A DNA stretch of 64,000 nucleotides from Histomonas meleagridis 2922-C6/04-290x (Eukaryota > Protista > Parabasalia), in NCBI GenBank assembly GCA_020184695.1, contig JAANOX010000270.1, positions 62,001 through 126,000 on the forward strand, written 5' to 3'. Below, in pieces: positions 24,184 to 34,488 of this stretch (positions within the stretch are counted from its first letter, which is position 1; the number at the start of each line of letters is the position of its first letter). A program made the position numbers and the translations under genes. A model generated the notes under the pieces. The model was not told the DNA's origin. It was given only the letters and a program-made list of their open reading frames with translations, and ran no database searches.

Positions 24184-24605
24184 CAGGAGGTTACGAAAAA
24201 GTCTCAAACGGTTTTGAGAAAACGATAAACGGTTATATTTAGAATCGATTTAAACGGTTTCTTGGAATCTAGATTGCAATAAAAATAAATGTTTATTTAT
24301 ATATTTTTTGATGCTAAGAATATCTCATGCATATAATGCCAAAATTGCAACACAAATGCCTAATCAATTTTTGAAATTGCATTTTGAAATGTATTGGGCA
24401 ATTAAGCAACATAAGAAAATATAATAGCAAATAAGGACATCAACAATTTGTATAAATACAGACAATTTAATTTTGCTCATAAATTCATGAATACATGAAA
24501 ATTCTGCAGATAATTGTTGATGCAATTTCAAAAATTGTTTGTTGTTTTCTCATAACCATTTGTTGTATTTTCCATAACTTCCTGTGATTTTTTAGTAACC
24601 TCCTT
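24184..24605. mobile_element. Candidate ~420-bp MITE-like element bounded by imperfect terminal inverted repeats
   Basis: Left CAGGAGGTTACGAAAAAGTCTCA versus reverse complement of the right end AAGGAGGTTACTAAAAAATCACA (19/23 identical). The same motif occurs at ~13268-13298. No TSD is seen. Confidence 0.45.
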
Positions 24606-25497
24606 GCACAGACATACAAAATCTAATTTTTTTTTTTTCAATTTTAAAAAGAATTATCGAAGAACTGCTTAATGATCGATTTCATAAAAAGTTGCTTTTT
24701 TGCTTTTATTTTTTGTTTTCGATATGTTATCTTTTAATAATTTTATCCAGATGATATCCTCTCTACATGAAAAATTAGATTTAAGAAATTTAGAGTTATT
24801 ATGGTAAAAAAGAGGCAGCAGTGCTTTATTGTTTCCATGATGGAAAAAAAATCTGTTTAACAATTCGAATGGAATATATAAAAACTATTTGTTAAATTCA
24901 CGAATAAGAGGGTCAATTTACTTGACTTCATTTATGCTTTAGACATTGAATTTTGAATAAATTTATTCTTTTTTCTTTAGAATTCAACTGCCAACATAAA
25001 ACACTTACTGAAAGTTATTTCAAATTTATTTCGCGAGACTTTTTTTAAAAAATTGAATGAAAATCATGATTTATTTATTAACATGTGGATTCATTTAATG
25101 CTATTTAGAACAATCACCAAGAAATTGGTGTTGAAAAATGAAGAAGATAAATTTGATACCACTTTATCTTACTTTATTTATTCAGGCACTTTAAAAATAA
25201 CAAAGCAAAGGATTAAGGTTAAAAAGATATTTTCAAGCTTGATAGTTAATTTCCCTTTTAATGTTTTCTTTTTTAGTTTTAAGGATAATAGATTAAATAA
25301 ATCAAGTTCTTTTGAATATCATTATAATAATATTTCAATATCGAATTTATAGTAAAACAACGTTGAAAGTTATTTTTTCATGTGGAGTTACAACAATATA
25401 AAATAGCGCATTCTGCAATTGGATCTCACTGGTAACAGTTAAACTTTGCGATACAATAGTAACAATCGGAAATTTTTCATTTAACAACTGCATATGT

Positions 25498-26565
25498 TTG
25501 AAAAACATTACAATTCCAAATTCTGTTACCGAAATCGGACGTGGAGCATTTCAATTGTGTAAAAGTTTAGAAGTAGTTGAAATTTATGGAAATATTTCGT
25601 CAATTAATGATTATACATTTTTAAATTGCATAGCACTTACAAATTTTAAAATTCCTACATCTGTTAATACTATTGGTAATTATGCATTTTGTTCATGCAC
25701 AAGTTTAGAATCAATTACTATTGAAGGAAATTTAGAAACAATAGGAAATTATTCATTTCAAAATTGCAAAAAGCTCAGATGCATATATTATTATGGAAGC
25801 AATTCACCAAAGTTAGGAATAAATTCATTTTATAACATTAATACACAAACAATTATGGTGACAAATTTATATGTAAATAATTCATTTGGAACACTAAATG
25901 CAAGTTATACAGCAAATGATGGATGTCTTCCTCCATCACTTACACAATCTAGTATATTTTCCAATACATTCACGCAAAGTAATACATATGTACAATCAAA
26001 TACATTTACACAATCATATACATTTTCACAACCAAGTGCATATACACATCGTAATACACTTTCAAAATCAAATATATTTTCAAAACAAAGTTCACATTCT
26101 TTCAACAATTCATATACTATGGTTTTGATAAGTTCATATTCAATAACAAAAACAATTACTGTAAAAATATCTTATGTAAACACAAATTCATTTACTCTCA
26201 TTGATTTAAAACCAACCTTTACCAATACCGGATTTATATATTATGAATATACCATCATGAAATACTCATCACATTATTTTTATTATTCATTATTATTCAC
26301 TAATTTTTATTCCAATCAAAATCCAAATGAAAAACGTCCAACAATTTCAAAAGGAATTTTAATTGGAATCATTTGTTTTTCAATCGTTATTGTTTTTATT
26401 GTTGTTGGAATTATTGTTTTTGTGGTTAGGTTTACCAAAAAAGCAGTTTCATTACAATCAACAGAAAATTATGAAATAGGTAAAACTACATCAAATAAGA
26501 GGAAAGAAATTGTTGATAATAAGTTTAGTGATTTCATACAAAACGAAAATGACCAATGGATTTAA
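25498..26565 (+). CDS. BspA-like (TpLRR) surface protein, apparently 5'-truncated
   Basis: Repeats IPNSVTEIGRGAF and IPTSVNTIGNYAF, a 6-residue-period S/T stalk (SNTFTQ-like), a TM helix and a short tail ending DQWI. Further in-frame repeats upstream (to ~25380) are broken by a TAA at ~25400. No ATG at the ORF start. Confidence 0.8.
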   Translation: MKNITIPNSVTEIGRGAFQLCKSLEVVEIYGNISSINDYTFLNCIALTNFKIPTSVNTIGNYAFCSCTSLESITIEGNLETIGNYSFQNCKKLRCIYYYGSNSPKLGINSFYNINTQTIMVTNLYVNNSFGTLNASYTANDGCLPPSLTQSSIFSNTFTQSNTYVQSNTFTQSYTFSQPSAYTHRNTLSKSNIFSKQSSHSFNNSYTMVLISSYSITKTITVKISYVNTNSFTLIDLKPTFTNTGFIYYEYTIMKYSSHYFYYSLLFTNFYSNQNPNEKRPTISKGILIGIICFSIVIVFIVVGIIVFVVRFTKKAVSLQSTENYEIGKTTSNKRKEIVDNKFSDFIQNENDQWI

Positions 26566-26671
26566 CTTAATAAATATTTTTGATGTTTTCTTTTATTTCA
26601 ATATTTTTACTTGCAAATTTATGCAAATTTTAAACGGTCTGAATTGAATTGCGCGGTTTTTAAATTGGTGG

Positions 26672-26875
26672 ATGAGTGAACAACAAGACAACCTCCCAAC
26701 ACAGCCAGAAGATCTCGCAAATTTCATGGACTCCATTTTCACGCAAATGGAACAAAAGTTCACCGACATGGCTCAACAAGTACTTGGTCGCATTGATGAG
26801 ATGTCTTCAAAAATCAATGAATTAGAAAAATCCATTGATCAGTTAATGCAACAAGCTGATGAAGAGGCTAAGTAA
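26672..26875 (+). CDS. HSBP1: Heat shock factor binding protein 1
   Basis: 67 aa; QMEQKFTDMAQQVLGRIDEMSSKINELEKSIDQLM matches the HSBP1 coiled coil. Confidence 0.85.
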   Translation: MSEQQDNLPTQPEDLANFMDSIFTQMEQKFTDMAQQVLGRIDEMSSKINELEKSIDQLMQQADEEAK

Positions 26876-27074
26876 ATATCAAAATAAAGCAAAATATTTT
26901 CCTCTTTAATTTAAAAAATCAATCTGGGTTGAAGTTTTGGCTTGTGAAAATAATATTTGTACGATACATCTTGACGTCGAGCTAATACGCTCTTCATTTA
27001 TCAAGAATGTGGTTGGTTTTCGTTTTGGATCTTGGGATAATTAGGGCACCCCAAAATCATTTCGGCATAATTCA

Positions 27075-27084
27075 AAAAGTGACA
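27075..27084 (+). promoter_or_regulatory. AAAAGTGACA upstream motif
   Basis: The same 10-mer lies 30-60 nt before three + strand starts (27075, 27736, 45134). It resembles, from memory, a trichomonad core-promoter motif. Confidence 0.4.
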
Positions 27085-27112
27085 AGTGATATTTGTTCAG
27101 TAAATTTACATA

Positions 27113-27571
27113 ATGATTTTCACAGTTGTTTTCCCTATAATTTGCATTGCTTGCTTGGGGATGATTGTTATATTTATTTTCCCATTACCATTCTCGTTTA
27201 GGGTTAAGGTAATTAGAAATGCTTCCCGCTTATTTAAGACATTTTTGATTATTTTGGGAATTCAAATTATGTTTTTCATCCAAGAATTTTTAAACCAGAA
27301 AGGACTTCGAGGTCAACTAAGTGGCAAGAATCAAACAAGCGGAAATAAAAACTTTATTGCATCAAATTATTTCCGTCATCAAAGAAACATGTATCTTATA
27401 TCAATAGGCATAGTATTGTGCATTATTGTTTTAACTTTAACGCGCGTTTCCTATATTTTTGCTAATCAACATAATTTTTTATTAGAGCAACACAAGAAAA
27501 AACAGATGGAAGAAGAACAAAAAGAAACAAAAGAAAACACAGATGAAGTAAATAAGCCTAAATCAGAATAA
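27113..27571 (+). CDS. BAP31: BAP29/BAP31-family ER membrane protein
   Basis: Three hydrophobic segments, FPLP, YFRHQRNMYL, and a charged tail ending KPKSE. Confidence 0.75.
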   Translation: MIFTVVFPIICIACLGMIVIFIFPLPFSFRVKVIRNASRLFKTFLIILGIQIMFFIQEFLNQKGLRGQLSGKNQTSGNKNFIASNYFRHQRNMYLISIGIVLCIIVLTLTRVSYIFANQHNFLLEQHKKKQMEEEQKETKENTDEVNKPKSE

Positions 27572-27735
27572 GTTAGTGTTAAAAAAACAATAAACACCAT
27601 TATTTAAAACCATAAGTTTTTAAAAACATCTTATTATATAAAAATATTTTTAAAGAGAGAATTAATTCGGTTCGTTTATGGAGCTTAATGTAATAAACAG
27701 ATGTTTTTCTTCATCCGATTTTAAATTTAACGATT

Positions 27736-27745
27736 AAAAGTGACA
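27736..27745 (+). promoter_or_regulatory. AAAAGTGACA upstream motif
   Basis: 30 nt upstream of the kinase ATG at 27775; recurrent in the window. Confidence 0.4.
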
Positions 27746-27774
27746 GTCAAAATTGAAAAGTTGAAAATTTTTAT

Positions 27775-29287
27775 ATGTCACTGGTTCCAAAACAAATCGG
27801 AAATTACCTTGTTATAGGTAGTCTGGGTTCTGGAACCTCTTGCAAAGTAAAACTAGCTGAAAACAAAGAAACACATGAACGATTTGCAATAAAAATCTTA
27901 AAAAAAGGAACATTGTTATCTAAACCAAATCTTTATTCAAAAATACAGAGAGAAATCGCTTTAATGAGCCTCCTAAATCATCCTAATATTCTTAAGCTTT
28001 TTGAAGTTTTTGAATCAACAAGACATCTTCATATTGTTCTTGAATATGCAGAAAACGGTGAGTTATTTGATTTGGTTGTACAACATCAACACTTATCAGA
28101 ACCAGATTCTATGCACATTTTTAGACAAATTATATATGCTCTTGAATATCTTCATATTCATGGAATTTGTCATCGTGATCTAAAACCCGAAAATATACTT
28201 TTGGACCAATATGACAATGTAAAGCTTGCGGATTTTGGCTTTGCTCGTTGGATGAAAACTGGTGTTGCAAATACATCATGTGGTTCACCACATTATACAG
28301 CCCCTGAAGTTATTAAATCGCAACCATATTCCGGAGTTCAAGCAGATGTTTGGAGTTCTGGCATAATTTTATATGCAATGCTTTCAGTATGTTTTTAAAT
28401 ATTTGGTTAAATTCCTATTTCGCTATGTTTATGAATGTGGGATTAACTAAATATCTTTTGTATGACTATCTAACACACAGGGTAAGCTTCCATTCAATGA
28501 TGTCAACTTACGAAATTTGCTCTATAAAATCTCTAAAGGTGATTATCAAAATCTGACAGATGTAAGTTCTGATATTCAGGATCTTATATCACGGATTCTT
28601 ATTGTTGATCCAGAAAAACGCATCACCATTCCAGAAATAAAGGAGCACCCCGCCTTTCGTTTGGGGTTACCCGACGGTTATGCCATTCCAAAACCGTTGA
28701 CCCTCCCCGATGTGGGGTACCCCATTGATCCTCAAAGCATTGATTCCAAAGTTTATCAACTTTTGAAACAAGTTGGGTATCAAGATGAAAACGAACTGAA
28801 CAATGACTTATTATCTGATGAGCCTACCATGATCAAAGTATTTTATTTAATGCTTACGAAGCAATATAAAGAATTTATGATACCATTTAAAAATGAACTC
28901 GAAAACAAAAAAGTTAATGAAGTTAATGAACAAATTGATGGAAAAGCAACAATGGGTTCAGTTGCAAAGAAAGTTGATTGGATATTTAATGATAATGGAA
29001 ATGTAATTTTCGAAATCGAAGAATGTATTTGCGGACTTAAAATGCAATGTTCAGATGCAATGTTCGTTGTTCAGAAGCTATTGAAGAAATGTGAGTGTGA
29101 ATGGTTTTATCCTAATGAGAGATTAATTATCGCAATGACTAAGTCATTGGCTGTTGTGCAGTTCGAAATTGTTAATGAGGATATGAATGAATATTCGATG
29201 TATGTGAAAATGGATGGAGCAGAGAGAAGTGAATTTAATGAATTGTTTGATGAACTCAAAAAAGAATTGGTAAATCCTATCTGTTAA
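27775..29287 (+). CDS. CAMK-group (AMPK/BRSK-like) kinase, two exons: 27775-28386 and 28481-29287
   Basis: HRDLKPEN, DFG, SCGSPHY. Splicing joins ...YAMLS|GKLPFNDVNLRNLLYKI in frame; 472 aa. Confidence 0.92.
28387..28480 (+). other. Spliceosomal intron, 94 nt, long trichomonad type
   Basis: 5' GTATGT, 3' fused branch/acceptor TCTAACACACAG; removal restores the kinase C-lobe. Confidence 0.93.
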
Positions 29288-29462
29288 ATTATGTCTTTTT
29301 ATTAAATTTTTTTGTTTTTACACATCCACAAAAATAAATTAAATAAAAAATCATTTTAAAATTAACGGTGACACGTTACATTTTGCCAGCGGTTTGATGT
29401 AAACAAAAGTGAAGTTAAAAGTGTCATGTTTAATTGTGTTTAGAAATCGACACTTGTTTATC

Positions 29463-30641
29463 TTAAGCTGTGCTTTGCCAATGTTTTGCTGCTCTATCAG
29501 CGCCAATTTCCTTGAAATCATTCTTGCTAATCCATGAATTAGATTTATCAGCAGTCAAATTAGCAAGAACAGTTGCACCAAGGTAAACAAGGTAACGACG
29601 ATTTGGTGGATCTTCGACCTTAATCTTATAGCTCTTGAGTTGTTTTCTGTCGTTCTTGAGGACATTCTTAAGAACTAAGTTCTTAAGATCGTTCTCAATA
29701 CGGGTAGAAAGGCCTGGGAACATTGTTGTGCCTCCAGAAACAACAATAGATTGGAAGAATTGCTTACGAAGATTGATATCAGCTTTCATGATGGTCTCGA
29801 AAATGAGATCGGAAAGTCCTGGCGTTTCAAGACCAAGTTGGTAAGGCTGGAAAAGAACTTCTGGGGCTTCGAAACGTTCACCGGAAACTTTGATTACACG
29901 GCCATCTGGTAATGTGTATGGAACAACATAAGTTGTTGTCTCTTTGGCAATGCGACGATCCATTTCAATGTCGGCTGAGATGAAGCACATCTTTTCCTTG
30001 ATTTCACGAACAACATCAAAATCAGATGTCTTATGGAATGTATAACCACGAAGTGTAAGAAGCTTAACCATATGCTCTGTGATATCACGGCCTGCAATAT
30101 CCATACGGCCAACAAGATGTGGGAGAAGATAGTTTTCGCAAATTGGCATAATGTGTGTAACACCATCACCTGAGTCAACAACAACACCTGTGACTAAACC
30201 TTGAGCATAAAGAACAAGGATGGCTTGTGGTGAGATTTGGATTGCTGGGAAGTCATATTTTTCAAAGAAGATTTCCATCATCTTCTTTCTGTTTTCGAGT
30301 GGGTTAAGTGGTGCTTCAGTGACGAGGACTGGGTGTTCGGAGCAGTTAATCTTAAGTTTATTCTTCCAGATATATTCAAGAACTAATTGTTCATCTTCCC
30401 AGTTTTTGACGACACCATGTTCGACAGGGAGTGAAAGGTCAAGGTATTGACGGACGTCGTTGATCTCATCGCAGATCATTTGGTCCTTAAGCTTTGCGCG
30501 TGAGAATGATTCATCTGAACGAAGGATTGGACGACCAACTGTGTTCGGGAGAACAAAATCTGGAATCTGGGAGGTGCTCATACCGACCTTAAGGAAACCA
30601 GTACCGAGATCGAGAACGACGGGTGTCTTATGTCCTGACAT
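29463..30641 (-). CDS. ARP2: Actin-related protein 2
   Basis: VVLDLGTGFLKVG, PNTVGRPILRS, EAPLNPLENRKKM, LYAQGLVTGVVVDSGDGVTH, RMDIAGRDIT. ATG at 30641 is preceded by an Inr-like TCATT. Confidence 0.93.
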   Translation of the reverse strand: MSGHKTPVVLDLGTGFLKVGMSTSQIPDFVLPNTVGRPILRSDESFSRAKLKDQMICDEINDVRQYLDLSLPVEHGVVKNWEDEQLVLEYIWKNKLKINCSEHPVLVTEAPLNPLENRKKMMEIFFEKYDFPAIQISPQAILVLYAQGLVTGVVVDSGDGVTHIMPICENYLLPHLVGRMDIAGRDITEHMVKLLTLRGYTFHKTSDFDVVREIKEKMCFISADIEMDRRIAKETTTYVVPYTLPDGRVIKVSGERFEAPEVLFQPYQLGLETPGLSDLIFETIMKADINLRKQFFQSIVVSGGTTMFPGLSTRIENDLKNLVLKNVLKNDRKQLKSYKIKVEDPPNRRYLVYLGATVLANLTADKSNSWISKNDFKEIGADRAAKHWQSTA

Positions 30642-30970
30642 TTGATTAATGAACAAAAGTGCTTGGTTTCACTTTTTGATTCAAACCGCTTTCCAGGGTG
30701 TAAAAAATACAGAACCCCAAAAAATGCTACATATTATTAAATTTTTAAGGTAATACTTAAATGAAATAATTAACAAAATTAAGTTTCGGATTTCTTATAT
30801 AGTGAAATGAAGAATTCTGAATTTGGTTATCGGATATTTCTATTTTGCGTATTTCTGTGCTTATTTGGTCGGATAATTTACAAAAATCGTTTTTACTTAT
30901 TTCTAAATGATCATAGCTACAATTGGTAAAGCAGAAATTGCAACTTTTCCTAATGTCTTGAAGAACTTTC

Positions 30971-33900
30971 CTACGCCCTTCTTAAATTTTTGATCTTCTT
31001 TGAGATTACTTTTGCCTCATTGTTTAATTCTTCGATGCATTCACTTAACAATGAAGCGCTGTATGCCTTTAACTCACTTCTAATACTTTCATTTGCATCT
31101 GATATAACATAATCACATTTCCGATTAAGTCTACTTACAACATCACACGGTAATACATCCGAAGGACTTCCTGACCTATTTTGCATTTCAGTTCTTATTG
31201 ACATTTTTTCTCTTTCTAATTCCATTCTAATCTTTTCTTTGAAGTCGCTTTTGATTTGTATTTTTGTTCCTTTCTTCTTCAGAAAGTTGATTTAAACTTT
31301 TCATATGTGTTTGAATTTGACTTGTGATATAATCTTCAAGTTTCTTATTAATACTTTCATTAACACTACCTGAATAACGTGATTTAAATTCATTAATGCA
31401 ATTATTAGTTATCATATCATTTAAATTTCGTGAGATTCGATTTAACTTTTCGAAGTCGCTTCGTTTGATTTTATATTCTTGTGCTGTGAATTCATTCTTC
31501 ATTATAGATTCCGCAATTTGTTTCAAGCTTTCGATAACTTTCTCTATTTTATGCGCGTTTTGTCCCATTTCGATTAATATACTTTTAGCTTGTGAACGTA
31601 TGAAATCTTCAACTTGTTGTCGTGCAGCTTGATTGATATTAAATTGAAGACATATTCGATCGAGTTCAAGTTGACATTCATTTTCTAAGTTACGAATACG
31701 ACTTTCATTTAATATTGCGGATTCATCAGTTGATAATATGTTATTAATTTTCTCTTGTGCTATTGCCATTCTTTCGGATATAAAAGATAACATTTTGTCT
31801 TCTTAATCTTTTGTAGTTTTCTTAATTCGTGTTTCTTTTTCTTGTTTAATTCATCCATTTTACCAATTAACTTATTATATATATAATTGTCAATTTTATT
31901 GCGTATTTCTTTCGGTATTTTTTCTTTGGATTCATTCTTAAGTGTTGTTAAGATTTTGCGCTTAATACTTCTTAATAAACTAATTGATATTTGTGTATAT
32001 TGCGAAATATCACTGTTTTGGATATCAGCTTTTTGTTGTTCAATTTCTTCTTCTATAATATATGTATTTCAGTATTAATGTTTTCTTGTATTTCCATAAT
32101 GATTGAAAAATCAATTTTTTCTTCGGATCCAATTCGATTTAATTCATTAATACAATCATCAGAATCTAATGAACATAACCTTAAAAGTTCACCTAAATCT
32201 GATGATTTACTATTAGTCATTGTGTGTTCTGATTGTTTTTTCTTTGTTTCGATATACGAATTAATTTCATCTTGTAAATATTTATGTTGTAATTGTTTCA
32301 TTTGATCCCTAAGTTCATTAAATACTTTACATTTTGTTGATATTTCATCAGAAATTTCTCGTTTTAATTCTTTATATACATTTGAATCTTTTACTTTCTC
32401 TTCTTCGATTTTACTATCGAATTCTTCTGTTAATTCTTTAATAATTTTGACGGAGTCTATAATTGGTAATTCAATAATTGTTCCTTCTTTAATTGTTGAT
32501 TCGATTTTATTAATTTGATTATCAAGTTCTTGAATTTTCTTTTTAATGATTTCTTCAACAATTGGTTTATATTTGTTCTCATAAGTTTTATTTTTCGTAT
32601 CTAGAAAAACTTGATTAACAATCTGAATGATGTCTTGTTGTTCAGGCAAATTAATTAACTTTTCAAACATTTCACATGCGCTTTCACAATCAAATGTAAA
32701 ATCTTTTCGTGCTTCTTCAATATGATTTATAAGTCTTTGCGCAAAGATTTTGAACCCGAGATTAAATTCATACCCTTGTGACATTATATCCGCATTTATA
32801 GAAGGGCGACAATAATTTCCTATGAACGAAATTCTTAGTAATTCCAAAAATAAACTCTCTGTATATCAGTTAATGCACGAAAATTCGGTATTTTTGGGAT
32901 TCCATCGTAACGTTTTGTTGTTTGTATATTTCAATGCACGATGAGAATTTTTAATGTTTATTTTGTACGTTAAAACAAAGATGAAAATTTTGCACTTTGA
33001 ACAGGCAACCAAATTAACGGCCATTGAGATATAAAAATTATATATTATGGTATCATTAGGAAATTCAAGACTTTTATCTTCAACTAAATATTCTACCATT
33101 AGAAGAAATGTTGAATCATCCCAATTAACTTAGTAAATTTTTCTTCTTGTATCTCTTTATAATTTTAAACGGCTTCACCATCCGACCAGATAGACTCAAA
33201 TAATAATATTGAAAAACGTTACGATAAGATTTTAATAATTTCAAGATATTTGAGTTAATGAATCATATAGACAATGGATATATGATATCAAGGAATTTTG
33301 TTTAGCCGTTTTTTAGAAATTATCGATTTTCTGATTTTTCCAACTTTTAGAATGTTGTAACGCGTAAACCATTTAATATTGAATGTTGTAAAAAATAAAT
33401 TATTTAATAAAAAAGGTGTTCTTACTCAATATCTGTATGTTAATATGAGATAATATTTCAATTTATATAATTCAAGACAATATTTTACAAAATATTGTAT
33501 TTTAAATGATGGCATGTTCTTTATTTAGGCCAATATTCAAAAAATAAATTTTGGCGGTTTTTTAAACGGCTTTGTCGCCCCTTCTGCATTTATATTCATT
33601 AGATAAAGTGGAATAACATCATTATATTGAATCGTATTTTGATTCTTCCTGACATCTATCAAATTTGCCTTTACTTGGCTGATATTTAGGGACATTTCTT
33701 ACAAGTGCAATTAAATTTTTGCTTAAATCACTTTTTAACGTTCCGCAATTATCAGATCAATTGTTTTGGGAATTTCTTTAATTGTATCTGCTTCGTCAAT
33801 TGAAAAGGTTAGATTTAACATAGATATAATAACACTGGATAATGCAGCATATGGATAAATAAGTTGGCTCATAAGATAGTGACCGGCCTGAATTTGACAA

Positions 33901-34266
33901 TTGAGCTTTAAAACCACCAGACCCTTCAGTATCAATAAAAAATATTTGAGTTTCGTTGTTTGGAATTATTTCCATTCCAAACTTTTTCCTAAAATCATTA
34001 TAATGAAAAGGCCCATAAATAAAAGCGCCAGTAGTTTCTTCATCCCTCCCATTACCAACAACAATACTGTTATCGCCGGTAAGTAATTTTAATGTACTGG
34101 ACTTCCCAATTTCGTATGAACCAAAAATTTTTACAAAAATAATTGGCTTTCCTTGTGCTTCCATCATTGCATCCTTGAACTCATTGAGAACATGCTTGAA
34201 TTTCCGGTTTTCTCCTTTGTCATCGCGTATTGTTGTCTTGTGATGTGGGAGTATAGAGTTATTCAT
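30971..34266 (-). pseudogene. Disrupted GBP/atlastin-like large GTPase with long coiled-coil tail
   Basis: 33796..34266 has FGSYEIGKSS (P-loop), TTG and IDTEG. Collinear fragments in shifting frames follow (33735..33935, LIALVRNVP, 32053..32847, 31227..31793, 30971..31225), separated by several frameshifts and stops. Confidence 0.65.
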
Positions 34267-34488
34267 ATTACAGATTGAGGTGGTTTTTTTAAAATAGTGA
34301 CATATATAAAAGACGGTTAAGAGCAGCTCTTAATTTCTTTTAATATCCTTCAAATAATTATTATAAAAATCATAAAAATTTATTGAATTTGAAAGAGAAA
34401 AAAAATTAGAAGAATGAATTTTTTATGCATGTATAGTAAAAAATAAAATGATTCATAAATTATTTCATTTGAATTTTGAGATGTTACT

